DNA of 64,000 nt from Malacoraja senta (taxonomy: Eukaryota): positions 7,318,001 through 7,382,000 of the forward strand of contig CM075997.1 of assembly GCA_038087875.1 (NCBI GenBank). Reading direction: 5' to 3'. Position numbers and translations under genes: made by a program. This document shows, piece by piece, positions 38,600 through 49,233 of this stretch. Position 1 is the stretch's first letter. Each line of letters begins with the position of its first letter. Under the pieces are notes generated by a model. That model worked only from the letters and a program-made list of their open reading frames with translations. It was not told where the DNA came from and searched no databases.

Positions 38600-40216
38600 C
38601 AGTGGCTTGCAAAAGTATTCATACCCCTTGAACTTTTCCACATTTTGTCACGTTACAACCACAAACGTAAATGTATTTTATTGGGATTTTATGTGATAGA
38701 CCAACACAAAGTGGTGCATAATTGTGAAGTGGAAGGAAAATGATACATGGTTTTCAAATTTTTTTACAAATAAAAAACGGAAAAGTGTGGCGTGCAAAAG
38801 TATTCAGCCCCCCTGAGTCAATACTTTGTAGAACCACCTTTCGCTGCAATTACAGCTGCAAGTCTTTTGGGGTATGTCTCTACCAGCTTTGCACATCTAG
38901 AGACGGAAATTTTTGCCCATTCTTCTTTGCAAAATAGCTCAAGCTCAGTCAGATTGGATGGAGAGCGTCTGTGAACAGCAATTTTTAAGTCTTGCCAGAG
39001 ATTCTCAATTGGATTTAGGTGTGGACTTTGACTGGGCCATTCTAACACATGAATATGCTTTGATCTAAACCATTCCATTGTAGCTCTGGCTGTATGTTTA
39101 GGGTCGTTGTCCTGCTGGAAGGTGAACCTCCGCCCCAGTCTCAAGTCTTTTGCAGACTCTAACAGGTTTTCTTCCAAGATTGCCCTGTATTTGGCTCCAT
39201 CCATCTTCCCATCAACTCTGACCAGCTTCCCTGTCCCTGCTGAAGAAAAGCATCCCCACAGCATGATGCTGCCACCACCATGTTTCACAGTGGGGATGGT
39301 GTGTTCAGGGTGATGTGCAGTGTTAGGTTTCCGCCACACATAGCGTTTTGCATTTAGGCCAAAAACTTCAATTTTGGTCTCATCTGACCAGAGCACCTTC
39401 CTCCACATGTTTGCTGTGTCCCCCACATGGCTTGTGGCAAACTGCAAACGGGACTTCTTATGGCTTTTTTTCAACAATGGCTTTCTTCTTGCCACTCTTC
39501 CATAAAGGCCCGATTTGTGGAGTGCACGACTAATAGTTGTCCTGTGGACAGATTCTCCCACCTGAGCTGTGGATCTCTGCAGCTCCTCCAGAGTTACCAT
39601 GGGCCTCTTGGCTGCTTCTCTGATCAATGCTCTCCTTGCCTGGCCTGCCAGTTTAGGTGGACGGCCATGTCTTGGTAGGTTTGCAGTTGTGCCATACTCT
39701 TTCCATTTTCGGATGATGGATTGAACAGTGCTCCGTGAGATGTTCAAAGCTTGGGATATTTGTTTATAACCTAACCCTGCTTTAAACTTCTCCACATCTT
39801 TATCCCTGACCTGTCTGGTGTGTTCCTTGGGCTTCATGATGCTGTTTGTTCACTAATGTTCTCTAACAAACCTCTGAGGCCTTCACAGAACAGCTGTATT
39901 TATACTGAGATTAGATTACACACAAGTGGACTCTATTTACTAATTAGGTGACTTCTGAAGGCAATTGGTTGCACTGGATTTTATTTAGGGGTATCAGAGT
40001 AAAGGGGGCTGAATACTTTTGCACGCGACACTTTTCAGTTTTTTATTTGTAAAAAAATTTGAAAACCATGTATCATTTTCCTTCCACTTCACAATTATGC
40101 GCCAATTTGTGTTGGTCTATCACATAAAATCCCAATAAAATACATTTACGTTTGTGGTTGTAACGTGACAAAATGTGGAAAAGTTTAAGGGGTATGAATA
40201 CTTTTGCAAGCCACTG
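38600..40216 (-). mobile_element. Full-length Tc1/mariner (DD34E, Passport-like) DNA transposon in a CATSPERG intron
   Basis: TA|CAGTGGCTTGCAAAAGTATTCA...TGAATACTTTTGCAAGCCACTG|TA. TIRs of ~213 bp with inner direct repeats and about 5 mismatches by eye; TA target duplication. Confidence 0.97.
38818..39837 (-). CDS. Tc1 transposase, uninterrupted 339-aa ORF
   Basis: Paired-like HTH, GRPPK, WSDETK, FQQDNDPKH and SPHLNPIE motifs; 34 residues between the second D and E; ends KGGSTKY. Confidence 0.96.
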   Translation of the reverse strand: MKPKEHTRQVRDKDVEKFKAGLGYKQISQALNISRSTVQSIIRKWKEYGTTANLPRHGRPPKLAGQARRALIREAAKRPMVTLEELQRSTAQVGESVHRTTISRALHKSGLYGRVARRKPLLKKSHKKSRLQFATSHVGDTANMWRKVLWSDETKIEVFGLNAKRYVWRKPNTAHHPEHTIPTVKHGGGSIMLWGCFSSAGTGKLVRVDGKMDGAKYRAILEENLLESAKDLRLGRRFTFQQDNDPKHTARATMEWFRSKHIHVLEWPSQSPHLNPIENLWQDLKIAVHRRSPSNLTELELFCKEEWAKISVSRCAKLVETYPKRLAAVIAAKGGSTKY

Positions 40217-40871
40217 TATGTGGCCTGAAAAATCATCTATCCATGTTCTCCAGAGGTGCTGCCTGACTCGCTGAGTTACTCCAGCACTTTGTGTACTTTT
40301 AGGTACATCAATATCTGCAGTTTCTTGTTTCTATATTTTGCTATTTTAATGACTACATACTGGATGGTAAATTTTGGTAAGAATATTGGGAAGTAGGAGG
40401 AGACTGATAAAGACCTGACCTAAGATAGACACAAAAAGCTGGAGTAACTCAGTGGGCCAGTCTGAAGAAGGGTCTCGACCCGAAAGGTCACCTATTCCTT
40501 TCTCCAGAGATGCTGTCTGACCCAGCTTTTTGTGTCTATCTTTGGTTTAAACCAGCATCTGCAGTTCCTTCCTACACATAGAGATCTGACCCAGGTTAAT
40601 GAGTAAAATACAAAGGTGCAAATTTGTTTCTCATATGAGACAACTTCCTTGAATTTAGTAATTTCAGTTTAAGTACCTAATTTCCTTGTGTAAATAATTC
40701 CGTAGTAAAATAATTCAATCTAATCAAAACAGTTTCTGCTTATTCTGCAAGATTAAATAGATAAATATCCAAACTGCCTCATCTAGTGTTAATTAGATTG
40801 CTTTCAGAAAAGTAAGAAATAATATGAGCAAATGGCATAGATATCTCCATAATTCATGCGGAGCTTCACAG

Positions 40872-40921
40872 TTATATCTTGGGTTCCCCACTATTACTGT
40901 TAGATATAGTGCAAAGTGAGA
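40872..40921 (+). pseudogene. CATSPERG: CATSPERG small coding exon (YLGFP exon), frame-disrupted as sequenced
   Basis: Acceptor ttcacag|40872. Reads LYLGFPTITVRYSAK* against human KYLGFPYYLKINYSCEEK. Candidate donors after 40915 (gtgaga, 44 bp) or 40921 (gtaatt, 50 bp) both leave phase 2, but both neighbouring exons need phase 0. Confidence 0.7.
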
Positions 40922-42261
40922 GTAATTAATGTCATATTAACAATGGACCTGCCTTATTTATCATTTGTTCTTTTAATAGCTAAGGAAAAAAAACGTAAGA
41001 TCCTCTCCGTCCCAGTCTATATTTCTCCAGTATATGTTATAGACAATAGACAATAGACAATAGGTGCAGGAGTAGGCCAGCACCGCCATTCAATGTGATC
41101 ATGGCTGATCAACCCAAACAGTACCCCATTCCTGCTTCTCCCCATATCCCCTGACTCCGCTATCTTTAAGAGCCCTATCTAGCTCTCTCTTGAAAGTATC
41201 CAGAGAACCGGCCACCACCGCCCTCCGAGGCAGAGAATTCCACAGACTCACAACACTCTGTGAGAAAAGTGTTTCTTCGTCTCCGTTCTAAATGGCTTAC
41301 CCCTTATTCTTAAACTGTGGCCCCTGGTTCTTGCAAACCAGGCTACATTCCATCTCCGATACTCAGATACTTTTAAACTTCTGTGCTTTGATTCCGTGAA
41401 CATCTGCTCAATGATTCCCATTGCTTCCAGATCCCAGCATTCAACCAGTATATGGATAAGTTTTAAAAATCATGTGCAGAAAGTCTGAAACATAAATTAC
41501 TGATAAAACTCAGTAAGTCGTGCAGCGTTGGTGAGAAGAGAAACAGAATGATATATCAGTTTAGGTTAGTTTAGAGATACAGCGCGGAAACAGGCCCTTT
41601 GGGCCACCGAGTCCACACCGACCAGCGATCCCCGCACATTAACACCATCCTACACATACTAGGGACAATTTACAATTATACTAAGCCAGTTAACGAGTGT
41701 GGGAGGAAACCAAAGATCTTGGATGAAAACCAATGCCGTCACGGGGAGAACATACAAATTCCGTACAGACAGCACCCATAGTCGGGATTGAACCCTGGTC
41801 TCCAGTGCTGAAAGCGCTGTAAGGCAGCAACACTAATGCTGCGTCACTGTTATTGAGGTTATTGAGGTTATTGGTCCTGTTTGCAGATATTACTGATGTA
41901 ATATTCTTCTATCATTCATTAAAAAAAAATTGTAAAAATATAAATTTATAAATAGGATAGATAGAATCTATTTTTTTATGGTGAGTCTATCAAAAATGAG
42001 GGCATAGTTTTAAGGGGAGAGGACTTTTACAAAGTACCTGAGGTAAAAGTTACACAGAGAGTTGATGTCTGAAGTCCACTGCCTAGTGGAACCAAATACA
42101 ATCATTATGTTTAATAAGCATTCACTCAGGCACATGTATAGGCAGGGCTTGTCAGGATACAGACTTATTGTGCGCATTTGTGTAGATGGGCAAAAATGGT
42201 AGGCTGAAAGGCCCACGTCTGTGCCAGGTGACACCACGACTGTATAAGTCATCTTTCATAA

Positions 42262-43162
42262 CAATCGGCGCTTGGACTTCCAACAAACACCCACTTACCT
42301 TGGCATAAAGCTGGACAGGTCACTTACATTTCGTCAACACCTGGCTGGTCTCCGCAACAAGGTCACGTAGCGGCCTCATCCGACGCCTGGCAGGAACAAG
42401 TTGGGGAGCCAGTCCATCAGCTCTTCGCATCTCTGCCTTAGCTCTTGTGTATGCTCCAGCTGAGTACTGTGCACCCTATGGTGTAGAAGCAGGCATACTA
42501 GCCTGGTCGACATGAGCTTGAACAGCACCTTGTGAACCATCACTGGTTGTCTTCAACCTACTCCAGTCGAGCAGCTCCCTATACTTGCAGGCATTCCACC
42601 TGCAGGATCCGAAAGCAAGCAGCAACTCTGGCACTATCTTGTCGTGCCATGGCCCCAGATCACCTCCTCCATCAGGCTATCAGCAGAGAGCAGAGGCCAC
42701 CCCGACTGAAGTCCCGTCACCCCTTTGCTCCACATGGAAAACAACTCCTAGCATCCATCCAGCCAACTGAGACAAAAGCACACTGGATCGCCACCAAGTG
42801 GTCACAGGAGTGGAAGGCAACCTCATCTTCTTTACACAGCTACATCTCTTCACCAGTTAAAAGCTGTGCAGGGTCTGACCTCCCCAGAGGAGCATGGGTG
42901 AAGCTCAACAGATTTGGTACTGGAGCTGGGCGTTTCATTGCCAGCATGTGGAGTTGGGGACTCTGCCAGAGCCCAGCCTGTGAATGCGGAGCAGAACAAC
43001 AGGCAGCCAACCATGTCATCTCTGGGTGCCCGCTCTACCACCCACCAAATGGAGCTCAGGGCCTGGCAGACATTGACACAGAGACAACAACCTGGCTGCT
43101 CAACACCCGGCTTGAGATCTAACTATTCCTTTGGTTCATGTTTCATTCGCAAGAAGAAGAAG
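42262..43162 (+). mobile_element. 5'-truncated Vingi/Ingi-group LINE
   Basis: PTYLGIKLDRSLTFRQHL, LAGTSWGAS..LRISALALVYAPAEYCAP and C-terminal CECGAEQQAANHVISGCP with no RNase H; (AAG)n tail; perfect 11-bp TSD ATCTTTCATAA (42251-42261 and 43163-43173). Confidence 0.82.
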
Positions 43163-43631
43163 ATCTTTCATAATGGAAAAGGTCGATAAGAGTAACGCTA
43201 ACAACTTTGCATTTAAATATTATCGTCAAGGTCCATCAGATTATTGAAGGGGAAACAGAGATAGAATTTTTGATTGTAAATCCCTACATCACAATTGGGA
43301 AATTGAAAGAACAACTTGCAGGCCCTATAAACAATCTGATGGAGGAATGCAGCAGGGTGAGCCGTATCTGAGGATGGAAAGGAATGCTTAACATTTCAGA
43401 TTGAAACCCTGCATCAGATATCATTCAGAGATTTGCTTGACCCGCTGAGTTCCACAGGCGGGTGGCTGGTTGCGCCAGATTGCAACATCTGCTGCCTCTT
43501 CTGTCTCCACATTATAGGCCCTCCCAATAGACAATAGACAATAGGTGCAGTAGTAGGCCAATCAGCCCTTCGAGCTAGCACCGCCATTCAATGTGATCAT
43601 GGCTGATCATACACAATCAGTGCCCTGTTAT

Positions 43632-43784
43632 AGCCAACCATGTCATCTCTGGGTGCCCGCTCTACCACCCACCAAATGGAGCTCAGGGCCTGGCAGACAT
43701 TCTCAGAGACAACAACCTGGCTGCTGAACACCCGGCTTGAGATCTAACTATTCCTTTGGTTTATGTTTCATTTGCTAGAAGAAG
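43632..43784 (+). mobile_element. Second, very short 3' copy of the same Vingi-like LINE, inserted in a CR1 tail
   Basis: Near-identical to 43006-43156; the host minus-strand CR1 3' end resumes on both sides. Confidence 0.8.
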
Positions 43785-44089
43785 TACCCCATTCCTGCCT
43801 TCTCCCCATATCCCCTGACTCCGTTATCGTTAAGAGCCCTATTTGGCTTACAAATGCCCATGTTATGGGCGGAGGAGCGGCAACAATTGGGGATTGGGTT
43901 GAGCTGTTGAAAGCTGGAAATGCTGAGCAGTCTCATTCATTCACTCACCAAGTCTGTGAGACTGGCTGGCGGCTGCTCCCTCCAGACACTGAGGATACTG
44001 TGATCGGGTAAGTTGCTGTAATTACTCTAAGAAGGAAATGAGGGTGACACAGTAGCGTAGCTGGTAGAGCTGCTGTCTAACATGCCAGG

Positions 44090-44534
44090 CAGGCATGGAA
44101 ATTGCTATCAAAACATGGGGGGACACAATTTCTTGGCAGCCGTGCGCGCGCATGCGCACACACACGAGGCTTCGGCCGTGGGCCCTGTGGACGGTAATAT
44201 CGGGAGCTGACCTGGTTGGTGACCGACTCCGAACTCCAGCAACAGCAGCTTCGTCCGCCCCGAATCGTGGGGCTTGAATCGGCCCGTTCACAGGGTCTTT
44301 CATCAGCCGGCCGGGGCTTCAACATCGGGAGCCTCGATCGCCTCGATGCAGCAGTTTGATTTTAAACCGCGCCGATCGCTGAAAGGCCCCGCGAACGGGC
44401 CGATTCAGCCCTTAAAAAGCATCTGATAAAGGCCGGATAACAAAACATGGGGGGGGAATTATCCCCAACCTCTCAAAGTGGGGGGGGGGGGGGGCGTGCC
44501 CCCCCTGTCCCCCCCCCAGCATTTCCGCCCCCTG
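44090..44534. mobile_element. Non-autonomous hAT-type element nested in a V-SINE head
   Basis: Termini CAGGCATGGAAAT...ATTTCCGCCCCCTG; perfect 8-bp TSD ATGCCAGG (44082-44089 and 44535-44542). Confidence 0.85.
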
Positions 44535-45307
44535 ATGCCAGGGACCAGGGTTAAATCCTGACCTCAGGTGCTGTCATTTGCACATTCTCACTATGGCTGT
44601 GTGGGTTTCCTCCGGGTGCTCTAGTTTCGTTTAGAAACAGGCCCTTAGGCCCAACAAGTCCACACCGACCAGCGATCCCCGCACATTAACACTACCCTAC
44701 ACACACTAGGGACAATTTTACATTTATACAATTTTACCGACGACAAATAACCTACAAACCTGTATCTCTTTGGAGTGTGTGGAAACTAAAGATCTCGGAG
44801 AAAACCCATGCAGGTCCCACGGGGAACGTACAAACTCCGTACAGACAGCACCTGTAGTCAGGATTGACCCCAGGTCTCTGGTGCTGTAAGGCAGCAACTC
44901 TATAGCTGCACCAACATGCCGCCCTACTCACAACCCAAAGACGTATGGATTTGTAGGTTAATTGGCCTTTGTAAACTGCCCATGGTGTGTCTGGAGTGGA
45001 TGTGAAAGTGGTATGACGGATGATCAATGGGTGGATGGATTCAGTGGGTCGAAGGACCATTCCATGCTCTATCTCGAAACTAAACCGATCTCTTCTTCAC
45101 ACTGATTTTATTCATTCTGGTTATGAACTGATAGGGTTACAGTCAGTTCTCGGGAATGGAACTCCTTTGCAAACTGAAGTTTTAAGTTGGTATAAGGGTG
45201 CAGAGGGATGGAAAGAACACAGGCAATATTTGCATCGGCAACATAGGCAATAAAAACCAGAGAGCAGTTCTGAACCATGACCTACCTCATTGGAGATTCT
45301 TGGATCA

Positions 45308-45625
45308 TCCTTCCTGTCCTAGGTCTCCTCCATGGCCAGAGTGAGGCCCACCGTAAATTGGAGGAGCAGCACCTCATATTTCGCTTGGGCAGTTTACACC
45401 CCAGTGGTATGAACATTGACTGCTCGAATTTCAGGTAGTCCCTGCTTTCTCCTCCCCTTCCCAGATCTCCCTCAGCCCACTGTCTCCGCCTCTTCCTTTC
45501 TTCTTCGCGCCCTCCACCCCCCACCCTCACATCAGTCTGAAGAAGGATCTCGACCCGAAATGTCGCCTATTTCCTTCGCTCCATAGATGCTGCCTCACCC
45601 GCTGAGTTTCTCCAGCATTTTTGTC
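45308..45625 (+). mobile_element. Penelope-like element 3' fragment
   Basis: VLGLLHGQSEAHRKLEEQHLIFRLGSLHPSGMNID, followed by a pLTR. Confidence 0.85.
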
Positions 45626-46611
45626 AACCTTGGATTATCCTTGATCGGACTTTGCTGACTTTACCTTGCACTGAACGTTGTTCCCTCATCATGTATCTAT
45701 ACATTGTAAATGGCTTGATTGTAATCATGGAGTGTCTTTCTGCTGACTGGATAGCAAGCAACAAAAGCTTTTCACTGTACCTCGGTATTTGTGACAATAA
45801 ACTAATCTGATGAACTGATTTTTGATACAACGAGGTCAGGGTTGCCTGGGTGATTCCAATGTTTACCGAGCCTCTGTTTAACAGAACAGCTAGCGAGAGG
45901 GAAAACAAACAAAAATGACTTGTTAAAGCTGTCATCTAAGGCCAGAATCATGTTGAACCTTAAACCAAAAGAATAATGCTGGAATCTCCGAGTGCATCAG
46001 GCTGTGTCGATGAAGTAAGACAATACAAATTATTATTACAGCAGAACTGGCCTTGAAGATAAAGAGTACTACAGATGCTGGAAATTTAGTTTAGTTTAGA
46101 GAAACAGCACAGAAACAGGCACTTCAGCCCACCAAGTCTGCACCGACCAGCGATCCCCGCACATTAACACTATCCTACACACACTAGGGACAATTTACAC
46201 TTATACCAAGCCAATTAACCTACAAACCTGTACTTCTTTGGAATGTGGGAGGAAACCGAAGATCTTGGAGAAAACCCACGCAGTCACAGGGATAATGTAC
46301 AAACTTCGTACAGACAGCACCCGTAATCAGGATCGAACCCGGGTCTTCTGGCTCTGTAAGGCAGCAACTCTACCACTCTATCTTTACTCAAGATAGTGAG
46401 GTAGGTTGTCAAAGTATAAAACAGGTATAAATCAGTTGAAAATTTGGGTAGAGAAGTGACTGATGGAGTTTAATCCAAATAAATGCGAGGTGTGTAATAT
46501 TGGGAGGTCACATGTAAGAGGAAAGTTCATAAGTAAATGGCAGAACCCTCAAGAGCCATTGATGTTCAGAGGAATCTTGGGCTGCAAGTTCATAGCTCCC
46601 TGAAACTGGCA

Positions 46612-47329
46612 ACAAGATTCAAGATTCAATTTAATTGTCACATGTACCAATTAAGGTACAGTGAAAGTTGAATTACCATACAGCCATACTAAGTAAAAAG
46701 CAACAATACACACAGCACATAAAATAAAGCTTAGCATAAACATCCACCACATTCCTCACTGTGAGAGAAGGCAATAAAGTTCAGTCATCTTCCTCTTTGT
46801 TCACCCATGGTCGGGGCCTTGAACCCTCCGCACTTGCCGCTGTTCAAGCCCTCTCGTCGGGGTGAACGAAACTCCGGCGTCGGGACGGATTGGAACACTC
46901 CGCGGCATGGAGGTCCCGAGTTGGCCACTTCTTACCGGAGACCGCTGCTTCACGGTGTTAAAGTCTACAGGCCCCACGTTCAGAGCTCCAATACTGGCGA
47001 TCCTCGGCAAAAGATCCCAGGCTCCACGATGGTAAGTCCGCGCCCCACCCGCGGCTTGAAGCTCTGGGCCGGTCTCCAGGAAAGGCCGCACCACTCCACG
47101 TTATAGGCCGTAAAGGGGGAGGGGGGGAAGATGCAACACGGAGAAAAATCGCATCTCCATCGAGGTAAGTGACTGAAAAAGGTTTCCCCCGATCTCCCCC
47201 CCTCCCACCCCCCACATAAAGCATACCAAGAAACATTAAAACAAACATTCAAGACAAAATAATAAAAACAGAGAAGGGACAAGACAGACTGCAGGCGAGG
47301 CGGCCATTATGGGCGCCACCCGGTGGTCA
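46612..47329 (-). mobile_element. Non-coding GC-rich retroposon with a (TTGAATC)n Rex1-like tail, nested in a degenerate CR1
   Basis: AAGATTCAAGATTCAA tail at ~46614-46630; GC-rich body; CR1 remnants continue on both sides. Family not identified. Confidence 0.55.
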
Positions 47330-49141
47330 ATTTAGGTAGGGTGATAAAAAATGTGTAACTCGTGCTTCCTCTCATCGGTTGAGACACTGAACATGGTGCA
47401 GTCCTGGTCACCATGCTACAGGAAGGATATGGAGGGTTTATAGTGGATGCAGAGGAGGTTTATTGGAGTGTATGGGCTGTAAAGAGATGTCGGACAAACA
47501 TTGATTTCTTTTCTCTGGAGCGTCAGAAGATGAGGGACAACCTGATAAGAAGGATATAAAATGATGAGAGATATAGATAGGGTAGGTAGTCAATGTCTTT
47601 TTCAAGGGTTAAAAAGCCAAATATTAGTGGTCATGGATTTAAGGTTAAGGGTCAAAGGTCATAAGTGATAGGAGCAGAATTAGGCCGTTTGGCCCATCAA
47701 GTCCACTCTGCAATTCAATCATGGCTGATCTATCTCTCCCTCCCAACCCCATTCTCCTGCCTTCCCCCTTAACCATTGACACCAACACTAATCAAGAATC
47801 TATCTATCACTGATTTAAAAATATCTATTGACTTAGCCTCCACAGCCTACTGCAACAATGAATTCCACAGATTCACCACCCTCTGACTAAAGAAATTCCT
47901 CCTCATCTCTTTCCTAAAGGAACATCCTTTAATTCTGAGGCTATTGCCTCTGGTCCTAGACTCTCCCACTAGTGGAAACATCCTCTCCACATCCACTCTA
48001 TTTAAGCCTTTCACTATTTCACGAAAGCTTAAAGGAGATTTGCAAGGCTTTTTTTACATAGAGTGATAGGTTCTTGGAACGCGCTGCCTCGGGAAAATGG
48101 GGAAAATAGATGTAATAGCAACGTCAAAGAGGCATTTAGACAGGTGCATGGGCAGGGAATAGAAAAATGGGTGATGTGCAGCAAAATGAAATTGCTTTAA
48201 CTTGGCATCATGGTTGGTGTAGACATGATGAGCCAAAGGGCCGTACTTTTCTGTTTCTATGCTCAAAAGGGCTGCAATGGCTTGGTTACTGGGTATATTT
48301 ACAAAATACCCTCAGAGGTAAATAAGGTCGGGCAAAGCCCGTGCCCTTTTCAGGAATAGGGAGCTGTATCTGACCGATTAAAACACGTCTCAAGCACACA
48401 ACTTGTGTCCACTTCGTTTTTAGCTGGACTCCTGCGAGTCCCCGCAATAATGGATCGATATTTTTTAATGTGCAGGAAAGTGTCACATTAGTAAACAATC
48501 TTTGAAATGGTCTTTTTCGAATGGTTGAACAGGCATGAGGGAGCAAGTGCCGTAATCTTGGTTCTATTTCTTATATCCTTTTCATAGTGCACAAGATCTG
48601 GAAAAGCAGGGGCAGTGTCCAATTCATCCCTTGAAGCTCATACACTTCAATCCAGAAAAAACCCATCCTGATCAACCTCTTCTGCATCCACTCCAAAGTC
48701 TCCACATCTCACCTACAGCTTGGTGAACAGAAATTCAAGCATTCCTTAAACCTTTTTTTTAAACCACCCTATCCACTTGTGGCTAAATTGTTCTAATGTT
48801 TACTTGCACTTTAACTACTTAAAACAAAAAAAAAGTTTTGGAAAATCTTAAGATTTAAAAATAATTATTTGTCAGTGATTTTAATGTAAATGTTGTCCAA
48901 CCATCTGGATCATGACGCTAGAATTATGGAATTTTGCATTTTAAGTGATTTAATGGCCATAATAAATTGATACATGCAAATCTATAAGATCTACCTTTTA
49001 TTTAGTTGGATTGAGAAACACATAAAGTGTAAAATCAGATTTAAGGGCCTGTCCCACTTTCCCGACCTAATTCACAACCTCTGCTGAGTTTGCCCTTCAC
49101 TCATACTCGCAGTATGGTCGTCACAAGGTTGTAGGAGGTCG

Positions 49142-49227
49142 TAGGTAGGTCCTAGGTAGGGCGTGATGCTATTCGTAGGTGCTCGGGCACCTACGACTAG
49201 CATCACGCCCTACCTAGGACCTACCTA
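49142..49227. repeat. Hairpin with 41-bp arms at the CR1 5' junction
   Basis: 49142-49182 and 49187-49227 are reverse complements with 1 mismatch; loop TCGG. Confidence 0.9.
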
Positions 49228-49233
49228 GGTCCT

